NCBI RefSeq assembly: GCF_009914755.1
Contig: NC_060934.1
Reading direction: 5' to 3' (one strand)
Length of the DNA: 64,000 nt
Source of the DNA: the human T2T-CHM13v2.0 reference genome, Homo sapiens
Shown here: piece by piece, positions 1-14,511 of the stretch
Layout of the letters: the number at the start of each line of letters is the position of its first letter
Numbering within the stretch: the first letter of the stretch is position 1
The notes under the pieces: model-generated
Seen by the model: only the letters and a program-made list of their open reading frames with translations
The model's database searches: none
What the model was told of the DNA's origin: nothing
Position numbers and translations under genes: made by a program

Positions 1-238
1 CTTCCTCCCAGGGAGGGATTTTCTGGTCTACAAACCCCTCCCCGCTCCTTTTCCCTCCCATGTTAAACAGCACCATACTGGGGACACCAAGGAGCCCAGG
101 CATTGCCTGGTTTCCTGGAAATAGCTGACTGGTAGGGCAGCCCCAGGGTCCCTTGTCTCTAAGCTCTGCCCAACATTTACCTCACCCTTTGCCATCAAAC
201 ATCTGCTTCTCCCATTCCTCATTTGAAAGTGACTCACC

Positions 239-540
<302 letters not shown>

Positions 541-700
541 AGAGAGAAAGAGAGGGAGGAGGGAGGGAGGGAGGGAGTGAGGGAAGGGAGGGAGGGAGGG
601 AGGGAAGGAGGGAAGGGAGGAAGGAAGGAAGGAAGGAAGGAAGGAAGGAAGGAAGGAAGGAAGGAAGGAAGGAAGGAAGGAAGGAAAGGAAGGAAGGAAG
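541..700 (+). repeat. (GGAG)n/(GGAA)n microsatellite grown from an Alu tail
   Basis: 17 consecutive GGAA units at 619-686, preceded by GGAG units. Confidence 0.97.
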
Positions 701-899
701 GGCGAGCCCCAGCCCCACTGGATTGGCTTTCCTTGGCTACAGAAATGTAACCATGGGGCCCCTGTGCATCACCCCTAGAGGGCCCCCAAGCACCCTGAAG
801 CAACAGATGCTGGCCCATGCCTCTGTGTGGTTCATGGTCCCCAAGGCACTGTGTGTCCTCTGTTGTGGATGGTAGAAGTAGCAGTAGGAATAATGATAG

Positions 900-970
900 G
901 AGCCAGCGTTTATTGAAACTTATTGGATGCTAGACACTGTTCCAAGCACTTTGCCTGTATTAATTTAATG
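900..970 (-). mobile_element. MIR/L2 3' fragment
   Basis: TTTATTGA...CACTGTTCCAAGCACTTTGCCTGTATTAATTTAAT resembles the reverse complement of the MIR tail. Confidence 0.6.
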
Positions 971-1257
971 TTTGCTGTGTTACCTCCGTGTCTTTCTTTC
1001 ATGAGACTCTGGGTCAACCATGAGGACCACAGAGAGATTTTCTGTGAGCCCTGGCTGGAAAAGACTGGCTCAGACTATTCCCTAGGAAGCCCCAAGCATG
1101 ACCCCCACTTAGCATTTCTTTCTACCTCTCATGGGCAGGGACCCCAAACCATACTCTGCACCCAAAACCCTTGTTCTTCTGTGATCCATTTGTGGACTAG
1201 GCAGTTGTGTTAACTAGAGATGCAGTTCTAATGCACCTTGCTTTATTCCAAATGCAG

Positions 1258-1284
1258 GGGCTCCAAGGTGTTCCTGGACCAAAG
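1258..1284 (+). CDS. COL13A1: Collagen XIII coding exon, 27 nt, GLQGVPGPK
   Basis: TGCAG acceptor, three Gly-X-Y triplets, AAG|GTAAGG donor, phase 0. Confidence 0.92.
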
Positions 1285-2136
1285 GTAAGGAGAAGTCACA
1301 TGACAGGCGCTGTGTCAGTGCTAGTAGAAAAGAGGGAAAGTGCACCTGAGACCAGCTGACCCTTTTTCCTAGAAGGCATTAGGTGACACTCCAGCCAAGG
1401 GGGTCCAGTCAGGGCAGGAGGAAGTCCTAGATTCCCTTTAGCATCCATCATTGACACCTGGTGTGCTTTGGCTTCAGAAGCTTCCCATCTGTCACCCCAC
1501 AAAGGGACAGGTTAGATTCTTAGCCAATGGTTAAAATCCTTTTCCCATCAAACCTGCCCTGGCCCCTTCACTCATGCCGAGTAGAGGTGGGAGAGAGACA
1601 GCAACATAGGGTGGGACCCCTCCCTGGGTCAAGCTTGGGGGGACTCTGCACTGGGCTCTCCCGGCCTCCCCTGAACCATTTCAAATGGATGAGGGGGCTG
1701 GGGGCTGTTGATGTGACAATGGCCCTTTCCTCATGCCCTGGTATTCAAGAGACTTCGGGGCAGTTTGTTCTCCCGACTAGGCTGTGAGCCTCAGGGCTCT
1801 GGAGGTAGCATCTCAGGCATCTGAGCAAATCTCTGTAAGGTTCCCATTCTCCTGCCATGCAGTTGGGCACCTGTGCCAAGGCCTGACCTGTGGGTTTGTC
1901 CCCAGGCCACCTAGTCCTTTTCTCTGTGGGGCTCTCAAAGCTCCCACAGGATACAGGGGCTACTAACTGAGGCGAGAGTAGGCTAAGAATTCAGGGATTC
2001 TTGGTATCCTCAGCCTGCCACCCTGACCCCTCCTTCCTCTACAAATGCCACCCCAGCCTCCAGGACCCCAGAATGCAAGAATGAATTGTCTGGGACATGT
2101 CCTTGTGTGATCTCGTCCCCTCTCCCTTTCCTCCAG

Positions 2137-2217
2137 GGGGAAGCAGGACTAGATGGAGCAAAAGGAGAGAAAGGCTTCCAGGGAGAAAAAGGAGACCGTG
2201 GTCCCCTGGGACTACCC
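2137..2217 (+). CDS. COL13A1: Collagen XIII coding exon, 81 nt, [27 protein letters not shown]
   Basis: Pyrimidine tract + CCAG acceptor, nine Gly-X-Y triplets, GTAAGT donor. Confidence 0.97.
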
Positions 2218-3476
2218 GTAAGTACCTTGGACCCAGCAAGACTGGTGGGTTTGATGGGCCAGGGGTGTGGGCTGGGACTGGGGGACAGCCAGCGGAAAGC
2301 TAAGGTTCTAGAGTCTGAGCATCCAGAGTTCCATGTGGTTTGTCTTTCCCACCTGGGCAAGACCACAGGCTCTGATTCTCTTCCTCCTCTGGGCCCAGGC
2401 CCCACCTTGGTGCTGGGGAAAGGCAATGCTGAAGAAGACAGGCTCCCCCACCCCAAGGGGCACTGAGCTGGGAGGGCAGCTTCAGGCCCTGCTTGAGCCT
2501 GGTTCAGAAGCAATCAAAGCCTGCTGCCTTTACGGGGCCAAGCTTGGAGGGTTTGGAAGTAGTGGGACAAGAAGATAGTCTCCATTACAGTCCATTTTCC
2601 CAGAGGGACCCCAAGAGAACTCTTGCTCCCCCCTCTTAAGCACTGGTCATTGCAGAAAGGCACAGACAAAGTCAGACTTTGTGGTCCCAGCAGGCCAAGG
2701 CCGTTCATCTCCTGGGTTCGTGGAGATCTCTGATCTCAGCCTGCCCAGAGCCAGAAGCCCCAGGTCAGAGGTGGGGAGCTGCTCAGAAGGTGTTCACATG
2801 TCATGATATGGGGCTGGGCTGGATAGGGCTGATGGCCTCTTCACTGCCTCACCTGTGTACAGGTGAGCGCATCCCACCACCCTCCCTGGAGCCCGGGCTC
2901 CATGCCCCCTAACCCTCCACTGAGGTTGGCATTCTTCCAAGAGCTGGAAGGGATGTTAGCGATCCATCCCATCATTTCACTGATGGTCCCAGAGAAGAAA
3001 GTGGGTCACTGGAGGTCACATACAAAGTTGGTGGCCAAGCCAGAGGCTGATCTGAGGCCATGGCCTTGCAAAGCGACTCCTTCCAGCCACTCAGGCTTCC
3101 TCTGTCCTGGGCTCAAGGCCAGTTCCCACCCCAGGTAGCCATAAAGAGCAGAGAAACAATGGAAAGCCCAGTTACCCCCGCTTGGCAGAGCTTGAAGGCC
3201 TGGTTAATACAATCACAGCAACCAAACAGCAAATGCAGGAGGTATAATTATACCCTCATGAATGCATTCGAGGTAGGAATATTTAAGAAGCCAATCTGCT
3301 TGACAGACTACAGAAAACTGATGACTTTAGCAGGCATTTTCCCATGTCTTAAGCTGTGTCTGGAATGATTAAGTGCTCCTTACTATTAAAGAGCCTTCCT
3401 GCCCCACTCAACCACAAACCTCTTCTTATCCACATTCATGGCCCCAACGACCTTGATGAACACTCGAGAATTCAGT

Positions 3477-3960
3477 CAGGGGTTGAAATGCAAAAGGCAC
3501 AGCGACCAAACAGGTAATATTAATATAAACAAGGAAAGTGCCAGATGAAAGACAAAGTACCTACTCTATCATTAATTTTCTCACTTTTGATAGAGGCATG
3601 GGTACAGAGAAGTATTTTTTTTTAGTTTAAGTAAACAACAGAACAAGCATTCATATGAGACAACTGACACAAACCTGAGGGAGACACTAGGGAGTGGAGG
3701 GGACTGTGGTGCACTAGAGACCGTGTATCCCTTCTTAAGGGGAACCGTCCCTTCTCAGCTCAGCTGACTGTTGCCTTGGAGGAAGGCGGAGCTGGTATTT
3801 CTGGATCTTCCTATTTTTCAAAGGAAGTTAAACATCTGGTGTTTTATGTGAAATCTTTCCATTTTCTAATATTAGATCAAAATTATTTGCAACACTGCAG
3901 ACCATAAAAAATATGTCAGTGGCCCACATATGGCCTGAAAGCCTCTAATTTGTGCTTTCT
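3477..3960. mobile_element. hAT-Charlie DNA transposon remnant (MER102-like)
   Basis: CAGGGG start and TTTTTCAAAGGAAG...TTTTATGTGAAATCT segment resemble the recalled consensus; boundaries approximate. Confidence 0.45.
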
Positions 3961-4127
3961 GCTCCAGACCTCTCAAGACAACTGAGTTTTAATGCTGCAT
4001 TTTTTTAAAGTACATGGATATTTAGCTACCATTCTGTTTCCAGGTTTCACCTGGATGTTTTATTCTATGTAGTAGCAGCCTGCTTCTCCAGGCATATCCT
4101 GGAGTGTTCCCCCATTTGCCCTGCAGA

Positions 4128-4320
4128 AGCAATTCTCAATGCTGGCTGCACACTGGAATCCCCTGAGAGCTTTTCAAACTCACCATCACCCCGGGCTTCA
4201 CTCTTGGAGATTTTGAATTGCATCGGGCTGGGATGGGGTGGGACCCAGGCATCTGTTTTATTTAACATTGCCCCCAAGAGATTCTAATGTGCTGCCAGGG
4301 CTGAGAACCACAGCTCTCTA
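4128..4320. mobile_element. MER5A-like hAT MITE
   Basis: TTCTCAATGCTGGCTGCACACTGGAATC...GATTCTAATGTGCTGCCAGGGCTGAGAACCAC, quasi-palindromic ends. Confidence 0.8.
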
Positions 4321-5489
4321 GCCCAGTGAGTCAAGGTCGGTCCCAGAATCGTGTGGTCCTAAATCTGAGAAGAGTCCCTGCAGAGTCCTTCTACCCAACA
4401 CCTTTTCCATGAAGCAGCAGCTCGTTGCCTCCTTCTTGGGACTTCCTTTTCATTTGAAATTCTGAGGCTGAGGCTCAGTTGGAAGCAGTTTTCAAGCACT
4501 CAGTCCTTACCAGGCCAGAGTATTGCCGCTGCCTTCTCCCTGACTTGTCACATTGGAATCATTAGAAAAGGGTCCCTGGGTTTTCCTGGGTGGGTTTCAG
4601 AGGCAGCTTCATAACCCAGGGTTGGAACAGGAGTGCCACCCCACCCCCGACCCACCAACCTTGTATTTCACTGGACAAGAGCAAGTAAGGGTGCTGATAG
4701 CAGGTTGGTCTCAGTAGCTTCCCACCTGCTGCCCATTTGCTCTGGGAAATACATGGCCTTAGACCTCTGTCCCAGGCCGCTGCCTCCAAAGCCTTTGCCT
4801 ACACAAGAGCCCTTGTCTGGGAGCATATGAATGGATCGAGTTTAGGTTGAGCATCTCAGACTGTAAAGTGCCAGCGAAATGTCAGGCATCATTTGTAATA
4901 TCATCTAAGAGCCAACTCATTCCCCCAGGGTGAAGGATAAGCAGAACAACTCCTACCCAGATTTCACAACTGGGTGCTGTCACCCAGGGCTGAGACCCTC
5001 AGGGGCACCCCAGCATGGCCTGATCCAAACAGGAATGCAAAGAGGCTGGGAGAGCCGTCCTCACCTGGGGCCCCTCCCCAGTGAAACCTGTCCTGGGAAG
5101 GGTGCACAGCTCTGATTCCAAGACATCTCTCTAAGCATTCCTTTCTGTATCCCTTTCCCCATAACACTGAAGGGAGAGGGGTTTCTGAGAGGGAATAAAG
5201 GGAGAGAGGAGAAGGGGGGCGGGAGGAGCAGGTGGCCATCTGCGCCGACCTCCACCCAGCCTGCTCAGCAGCCAGCCACTGCATTCAGTGTCTCCATGTT
5301 TTCGTTGGTTTCCATGTAAATACCATTCCGTGTCCTCCCAAGCTTATTTCTCCAGTTGTGTTTGATTACCAGCATTTATGTCTGTCCAGAGTCACTGCTT
5401 TACTCACCTCTTCCCTCCCCATTGTTCCCTTTTTCTCCCTCCCAATCCTCTCTTCCCCTTCTTTTGGTCAAACTGTGCCCTTCGTCCAG

Positions 5490-5525
5490 GGAGCTTCAGG
5501 TTTGGACGGCAGGCCTGGGCCACCG
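5490..5525 (+). CDS. COL13A1: Collagen XIII coding exon, 36 nt, GASGLDGRPGPP
   Basis: Long pyrimidine tract + CCAG, four Gly-X-Y triplets, CCG|GTGAGT donor. Confidence 0.95.
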
Positions 5526-7119
5526 GTGAGTGTCACTTCTCCATCACCCCTCACCCCACTCCACTCCACACCTGGCCTGTGATCCCTTTTGTCTGTCCCA
5601 CTGTGGCCTCATTTTCCCAGTGAATCATGCCTGGTCCCACCTCCGACACCAGAAAGGTGCCACTGATGCTCTGAAGTGCCTTTTCTGGCCTCTTGACCAA
5701 ATATGGCTGGCCTTCATCTGAATGCCCCTGTCCACAGAATACACCCAGGGACCTCAAACCTGCCAGGTGTGGGGTGGGAGGCCACTCCAGCAGCACCGCT
5801 CCTGATTCCACAGGAATGCTGAGTCCAGCCTGGGTGCCCAGCCCTGGAGGTTTGAGCCATGGCCTCTCCCCACCAAACACACCAGTGTCTGTGTGTGCCC
5901 GTCATGCTGTGTTGTCTTCATGCTGTGAGCTCTGTCCATCTCCTGTCTTCCCACGAGGGCCTCCTAGTCTTGTGCAGCCACCAGTCTGGTATATGTGGGG
6001 TAGGACAGCTTTGAAGGCTGAGGACAGGAGTAGCCTGCAGAAGCATAGAAGCCAGTCCCAGCTCTGTGTCTTATGCACGTTCTAACCACCCTTGCACTGC
6101 CTATGACAGCACAGTCGCCCTGCAACCCAACATGGCAGTTCACTACAGAGCAAGTGAGGCACACTTGGGTCCTCTCTTCCTCCATTCTTTCTGATTCCAG
6201 AAAACAGGCATCATTTACTATTGACTAGAAAGCACCTGGCCCTTCTGCTTATGACTAACAACTGAAGGATCAGAGGAAAATTCCCTCCTGTCCACCTCCG
6301 GTCCCTCCCGTGAGCGCCCTCTGAGGTCAACCTTCCCAGGGTATTGAGCTCACTCGCCCTCAAGTCTCGAGTCCCTGCTCGGACACCATCACGAGAGCTC
6401 TGTGCACCCAGCCCCTTCCAGCCAGGGAGGCCCTGCTCTGTCCTGCAGAGGGCTTTCAAGGCCACATCTGCCCATGGCCTGCATGGAGTTCTAGTTAGCT
6501 GGCTGGAGCCACCCTCAGGGGAGGCGAGACCTTGCCAGGGTTCATGTGTGCAGCGTAGGGGACACACTGAAGCACAGGCTCACAGGTCTTCCCAGGTGGC
6601 CGGGGGCACTTGCAACCGGCACCAAGAGAAGCCCAGAGCTTTTAGAGGTAGGAGGGTCAAGATAGACCTCTGTGAGAGCCCCATCCTACTGAATGCCTAT
6701 TCTGTGCCCTCATAAATAGGAGATGACATGGCTTGCCCAAGATGACAGACTTCTTCAGAGCCCCCCACCTCCCTGCACTGATGGAGTTCACACTGTAAAC
6801 CCTTACATGCAGAGAGCATGCCCTGGCTTCCAGGAGTTATTATGGCTTTGCTCCTTCGCCACAGTCCCTCCCTCTCCATCCTTCCCCACCTAGCAAACCT
6901 GTCTCAGGTGCGGGCAGGGCTCGGGGATGATCTGTGGTTGCAATCAGAGAAACCAAGACTTTCCTCTCAATGGCTTCTCCCTTTTATGTTAGACCGAGGG
7001 AAGCAGTACAAATTCATACACTCTGTCCCTTAGGAACTGAGTCTTTATTTTCCTCATAAAATCAGTATCCTAACTTTAAGGGAAAATGTGGGGAAAAAAA
7101 ATAAGCCTTCCCTGCCAAT

Positions 7120-7761
<642 letters not shown>

Positions 7762-8626
7762 TAAGTCATGCCCCGCCATTCACAGATACATTCAGAGCAC
7801 AGGAAACTGTCCACAGCCCAAGTCAACTCCTCCTGTCCTCATCTGAGGCCAACAACAGGAGACGCTGAACTAGAGACTTGGTCTGGCCAGGCTGTGAACT
7901 GGGAACGTGGGAAGATGTTGGAGGAGGCCAGAGCAAGCCCTGATGCTCCATGTCTAAGCCGTGAGCTCCAATGGCTCCAGCGCCCCCAGCCCCGGGCTAG
8001 CAGAGCTCATGACACGCCTCCCTGCCAGGCCGGTGTCGGTGCAGACATTGAGGCACCCTAATTCACCCCCCGATCCAGCCAGTTCCGCAGGCCTGTGAGT
8101 GGGGCGAGAAGGCCCCGGCCAGAGACTGAGGCCAGGGCTGTGGGTCTGCGGTGGGCCGGTGGGGTGGGTGTTGGCTGAACAACCCTCTCTCGTCTGCCCC
8201 TGTGTGTGCATCCGCATCCATCTCTGTGGCATGAAGACCCTCCCGCTGCATGTGGAGCTGCAAAGCAAAGAGGGTGCCAGCCCCCGGCCCCTGCCCCGGG
8301 ATGGGTCCACTCCCTCCCAAGTGCTTCTGGGAGCAAAACTAAGCAACCATTCTCCCATTGTTTTCAGCCTTGGCAAGCTTGGTTGTGAAGCAAAAGGGTT
8401 TCAGTCCACAAATCTGGCTCTGAGGCATGGGGAGGTGCTCTCTCCCCAACAGCCCCTGAACCCAAAGAGGATCACGGCCCAGTCGAATGACTGCCCTGAA
8501 CGAGCCTGGCCTCGCCAACTCTGAAAACTGGGCCTTGGACCTTGCTCATCTCTAGGCATCAGGTGGGGCACCCAGGGCTCCCCAGAGTGTGGGGACCCTC
8601 ACCTCTGCTTTCTTTCCCCTTCCCAG

Positions 8627-8680
8627 GGTACTCCAGGACCAATTGGAGTTCCAGGCCCAGCGGGACCAAAGGGCGAGAGG
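8627..8680 (+). CDS. COL13A1: Collagen XIII coding exon, 54 nt, GTPGPIGVPGPAGPKGER
   Basis: Pyrimidine tract + CCAG, 54-nt collagen exon, GTGAGT donor. Confidence 0.97.
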
Positions 8681-8875
8681 GTGAGTGTCACTGAGCCAGG
8701 GGCCTGGGCGGCCAGGAGGGAGAGGCATGCCTGGGACCCAACACCAGGGGTCTCAGCCCTCATGCCTTCCTTCTTCCATCTCTTCTCCTGGTCATCCTCA
8801 CAGCAGCCTGGGACAGGGGGTGCTGGTTGTGTAGCTATGAGTTGACAAGACTTGGAGGGATCAAGGAGATGGAGA

Positions 8876-9236
8876 GGCCGGGCACGTTGGCTCATACCTG
8901 TAATCCCAACACTCTGGGAGGCCAGGTTGGGAGGATCACTTGAGCTCAGGAGTCTGAGACCAGCCTGGACAACATAGCGCAACCCAGACTCTACAAAAAA
9001 TTTTTTTAAAATTAGCCAGGCATGATGGTGCACACCTCTAGTCCTAGCTACTTGGGAGGCTGAGGCAGGAGGATCAGTTGAGCCCAGGAAGTGGAGGCTG
9101 CAGTGAACCATTATTATATTACTGCACTCCAGCCTAGGAGACAGAGCAAGACCTTATCTCTATAAAAAAAAAAATGAAAAAGAAAAAGAAAGAAAGAAAG
9201 AAAAAGAAAAAGAAAAAAGAGGAAAAGAAAAAAAAA
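8876..9236 (+). mobile_element. AluJ-like with long A-rich tail
   Basis: Full Alu; degenerate TSD AAGGAGATGGAGA / AAGGAATTGGAGA. Confidence 0.93.
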
Positions 9237-10172
9237 GGAATTGGAGAACTTCCTCCACTTTGGCTTCTGGCCACCTTGTGTCCATCTCAGGTTCAGTTTG
9301 GCAAGGCCCTGGGCGCCATTGTCACTGGACATGCCTAAACTTTGTAATGATTTAGGGAAACTGCATGGAACAGAGGGCCAGGTGGTGTTTAGATAATTCC
9401 TCGAGGACAGCAGGAAGTCAGGAGGCCAGAGCCATAGGCCAGGCTCCCACGGTCGCTGTCGATGGACGTTGGCCATGTCACAGGACTTGCAGTTCCTGGC
9501 CTGTCCTGCTGGAATGGGCATGTCCGAGGGTGAGGGTGGAGGGTGTCAGCTGAGTGGAGGCAGGGGAGCTGTGTCTTTCTATATCAGCTCTTCCCAGCCA
9601 GCCCCTGGGTTCTACACACTCAGGGCTCGGAGGTCCCTGTGTGGGCATCCGTCGAGTTCTCTGCCTGTGTGGGCAGCTCCCTGCACTCCCCATCCGCCCA
9701 CCTTGCTGGCTCTGTCTCAGGTGGGGAGGGCAGGAGCTTCTGCAGAGGGCACAAGCTTCTCCGTGACCACCAGCTTGGGGAAACCAGGAGGCTGCTCTGA
9801 GAGGTGACCCTTGAGGCTCTGGAGAAGAAAGCAAAGCTCTCTTTCTCTTCCCTTTCTCTTTCCCTGCCTTCCTGCCCTGCTTTCTTCGCCCCTGTTTCAG
9901 CCTCAGGCCAGCCAGGCCCAGGACACCACGGGTCATTCTGGGAGGCCTTGGGGGATAGGCTCTGCTGGAGGGAGAGTGAGGGGGGCTTCTGAGCCCCCTC
10001 CCCAAGGCAGTGTTCGCATCAGCAGCACCCCACCTTTCCCATAGCCCTTGCTTCCCGGAGGGCTCTTGAGGGGACTGGAGAGGTTTCCTGTATTTCATAC
10101 CAAAGTAGAAAATGGCAAGGAAGATTGTTACCGTGTCTGGCAGGATTCATGCATTTCTTTCTCCCATTTCAG

Positions 10173-10226
10173 GGCAGCAAAGGAGACCCTGGGATGACAG
10201 GACCAACGGGAGCAGCTGGGCTTCCT
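10173..10226 (+). CDS. COL13A1: Collagen XIII coding exon, 54 nt, [18 protein letters not shown]
   Basis: TTTCAG acceptor, six Gly-X-Y triplets, GTGAGT donor. Confidence 0.97.
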
Positions 10227-10292
10227 GTGAGTCTCTTGGGATCAGAGGTTCCTCTCCTCCCACCCCTGCCCCCATTAGAAATACCCACGGCC

Positions 10293-10613
<321 letters not shown>

Positions 10614-11266
10614 CTAGGGCCTGGAGCACAAATCCAGGGCCAAGGGAGAACTCTCATTTCCATGACAGACAAAGCTGCCAAGAGGCAACTGGTGATAGGC
10701 TAGCATGCCCTGCTGGGCATTGCGCTGTGAGAGGACCAGGGCCTCTGCCATGGGGACCCTGTAATGGGATGTAGCCCCTCCCACTGTGTTAAGTGCAGCC
10801 TGCCCTCAGCAATGTGTGCGCCATGGCCCCTGCCCTCAGAAGGGGCAGAATCAAATCCAGACCCCTGTGATAGGAGAGGCTTCATGAGCGGAGCAGCTGG
10901 GCCTTGCAGGGGACACCTGGCTTTCCATCACGGCATGCTTTCCCACCACTGTGTTACAGAAGTTGAGTGTCTGCCTGAGAGAGCCCGCACTTTAGTTTCC
11001 CATCCACTGGAGGCTGTGTGTGTTGGCCAGGTACGCACATCTGGGCCAGGCTTGTCTCATGCTAAATTCCCCTAGCTGTAGAATGAAGAGCATTTTGCAC
11101 CTTGAAAAGAGGGTCTAGCAAGAGCCTGGCAGGAGAGCCTTGGGAACTCCCCTCTGCCTAGAGCATTCCTGGCCCCCACAAGCGCATCCTCAGAACTGAC
11201 CCCTCACCTGCGGTAGTGACCTCGGGAAAACCCAGCCACAGGCCAGGACCTGGGCTGGAGAGGTGA

Positions 11267-11589
<323 letters not shown>

Positions 11590-11808
11590 TGAAGTGTGTT
11601 CTTGGCTTTGCCCAGAACTCATCATTTGCCTCTAGGTCAGGTTTTCTTAGCGATTTGCTTCTCTGTCCCCTTTCCGTGTAGTGGGAATAACTAAACCTGT
11701 CTCCAGTGAGTGAGGCATTGGGAGAGTTTGATGAGCCTGGAAGAAAGCACTGTACAGCTGGCCTGTGTGTCCTCATTAACATGCCTTTCTTCCTCTGATC
11801 TCTTGCAG

Positions 11809-11844
11809 GGTTTACATGGACCACCCGGGGACAAGGGAAACCGG
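11809..11844 (+). CDS. COL13A1: Collagen XIII coding exon, 36 nt, [12 protein letters not shown]
   Basis: TTGCAG acceptor, four Gly-X-Y triplets, CGG|GTGAGT donor. Confidence 0.96.
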
Positions 11845-13517
11845 GTGAGTCTGAGCCCCTGCACTCGTGCTCTAGTTACTAATGTCTTCATGATGGGGTG
11901 GAATGATCGATCGGTGATTCCTGACCAACATGGCGAACAGTTTTTCCTGATAAGTCATCCTAAATTGAAAGGCTTTACAAGGAGGGCCTTAACCTGTGGC
12001 ATGTAGGGAGCCTGGGGCCTGATCCTCACATGGAAGCCTGTATTTTTCCACACAGCAAGGAGAGACTGAATCCCATGGCAGCCACCAGCTTAGCATTGCT
12101 ATCCAGCAACAAGATCCATGTGTCCAGCTCTTTCTAGGTTGCCCTGATTGTGGGCCCCTACGTGATCATTTTAGATCCATTGCTACCTTGTCCTTGCCCT
12201 CTGAAACTTGGTTTTGCCAGGCATTCCAGGCCACTGGTGAGAGAGAAAATAAATTCCAGCTCCAAGAACAAGCAGACAGTTGTTGGAAGCAGCCAACCCT
12301 TTTAAAAAATATTACAGCCACTATTTCTCTTGGAAAGAGTCGGCAGGGCTCTGAAAGGACTGCGCCTTCTCAGACCCTTGCTGTCCCTTTGGTTTCTGCC
12401 ATCTTCACCAGGACACACTTACCAAATGCCCATGGCACCCACAGCCACATAACAGGGGGTGGCACCGACCACAGCCTTCAGCATTTGGGCCCAGCAGGGA
12501 GAATTTAACTACATCTGACCAAGAGATGGCCTTTGGGTTCCCCTCTGGAGGGTCTCATCTGCTGCTGCATCATGGGGCTTCCTGGAGTGGGGGGCACACC
12601 CCCTAGAAACCAAGTGTGTCTCCTAGCGGGTCCTAAAATCCAAGGCGCTTAGAGGAGAAGGAACAGATGGAGAAACAAGGCCCAGACAATGATTATGTGT
12701 TCTGGGATCCCATGGAGAGTTAGAGGAAGAGCACACGGTCTCCAGAACCCAGGTCTTGTGGCTGATCTTTGCACACTGATACCATGTTCATGCACAGAAA
12801 GTGCCAGAATGCCTATGCTCCTATCTGGCAACAGTGAATTCCATCTCTTCAACTCAAGATCTATTTACTGAGCACTCCCATTTTCCTAAGTGCTCTTCAC
12901 TGGCAGCTGGTCAAAAGCAACTCAGTTTGTCCCGCATCTTCTATAAACAAGAGGGAGCAGCAGCGCCACCCCTGCCCATGGCAAGACCAGGTCTGGAAAC
13001 TGCCGGAATAAACAGACCTGCTTCCAGATGCTCTAAGCACGCTGGGAAGGACTTTCCTCAGTGTGGCATCAAAGGATTTAGGCCTCTAAAATCTTTGATC
13101 ATTCCACCTCTTCATTGGCATACTAACTTCCTTTCAAATGTCTTTCTGACATGTTCTAGTTTTCTTTATTATATTCAATTAGTATTTTCTAAACCTCCTT
13201 CTTCAGACTTTTTCAGTTGGCTGGAGACACTGAGCCGTTTGAAGGCTGCAAAATCGGTCCTTCAAGGGACGGTGACCATGTTGCTCTAGAGGTGGAGGCA
13301 GGACAAGTACCCTTGTCACAGACAGAGGGAGGGTGGGGGCTGGCGGCTCTGATGCTGCAGCAACTGAGGTTATTGAGTCATCCACGGAGGCCCCAGGAAT
13401 CAGTGGGAAAGTATTTCTATTCCCCTTCCCCTTCCCGATGTTTGACACACTTTCCTCCATCCCCTTTACAAATTAGGAATGTGTCACTTAGTAAAAGTCA
13501 AGTTCAGAAAACAATGA

Positions 13518-13983
<466 letters not shown>

Positions 13984-14428
13984 CAGAGATTTGTTTTATC
14001 TTACAGTGAACCAAGATACAACCTTACAGGTATGCTTCTCCATGTCCCATCAAAGGATGGTCTCAGAGCCTCTTTCCTGTTCATGGAAGGAAAGTCCTTG
14101 TCATGGTGGGCAAAGGCCCGGAGCCCCAGACCAGGAGCTTTCTAAGGGACACACACGCCAGTGGAAAGAATATCCTGACCTTGTCACTAAGGGTGCTTCC
14201 CTTTCCCCTAAGTAGCTCTGTGAATTTGGCCCGGGAGCCACCTTTAGGGTAAGAAATCAGTCAAAAGATAAAGGGTGGCATGAATCTGGCAATATAATCA
14301 TTCAGGAAAATTGGATGTTACTGTGGAGCTGCCTGCAAACCAGCCAGCTGAAAAGGTCTGTGTGCATGCAGTGAGGCTGCTTCTGCTCTCTGAGATGCCC
14401 AACTTTGGGGGGGTGGGGGGTGCACGCA

Positions 14429-14511
14429 TGTTTGTGTGTGTGTGTGTGTGCGTGTGTTTGTGTGTGCGTGTGTGTGTGTGTGTGCATGTGTTTGTGTGTG
14501 CGTGTGTGTGT
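14429..14511 (+). repeat. Imperfect (TG)n microsatellite
   Basis: ~83 nt of TG with CG/TT interruptions. Confidence 0.95.
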
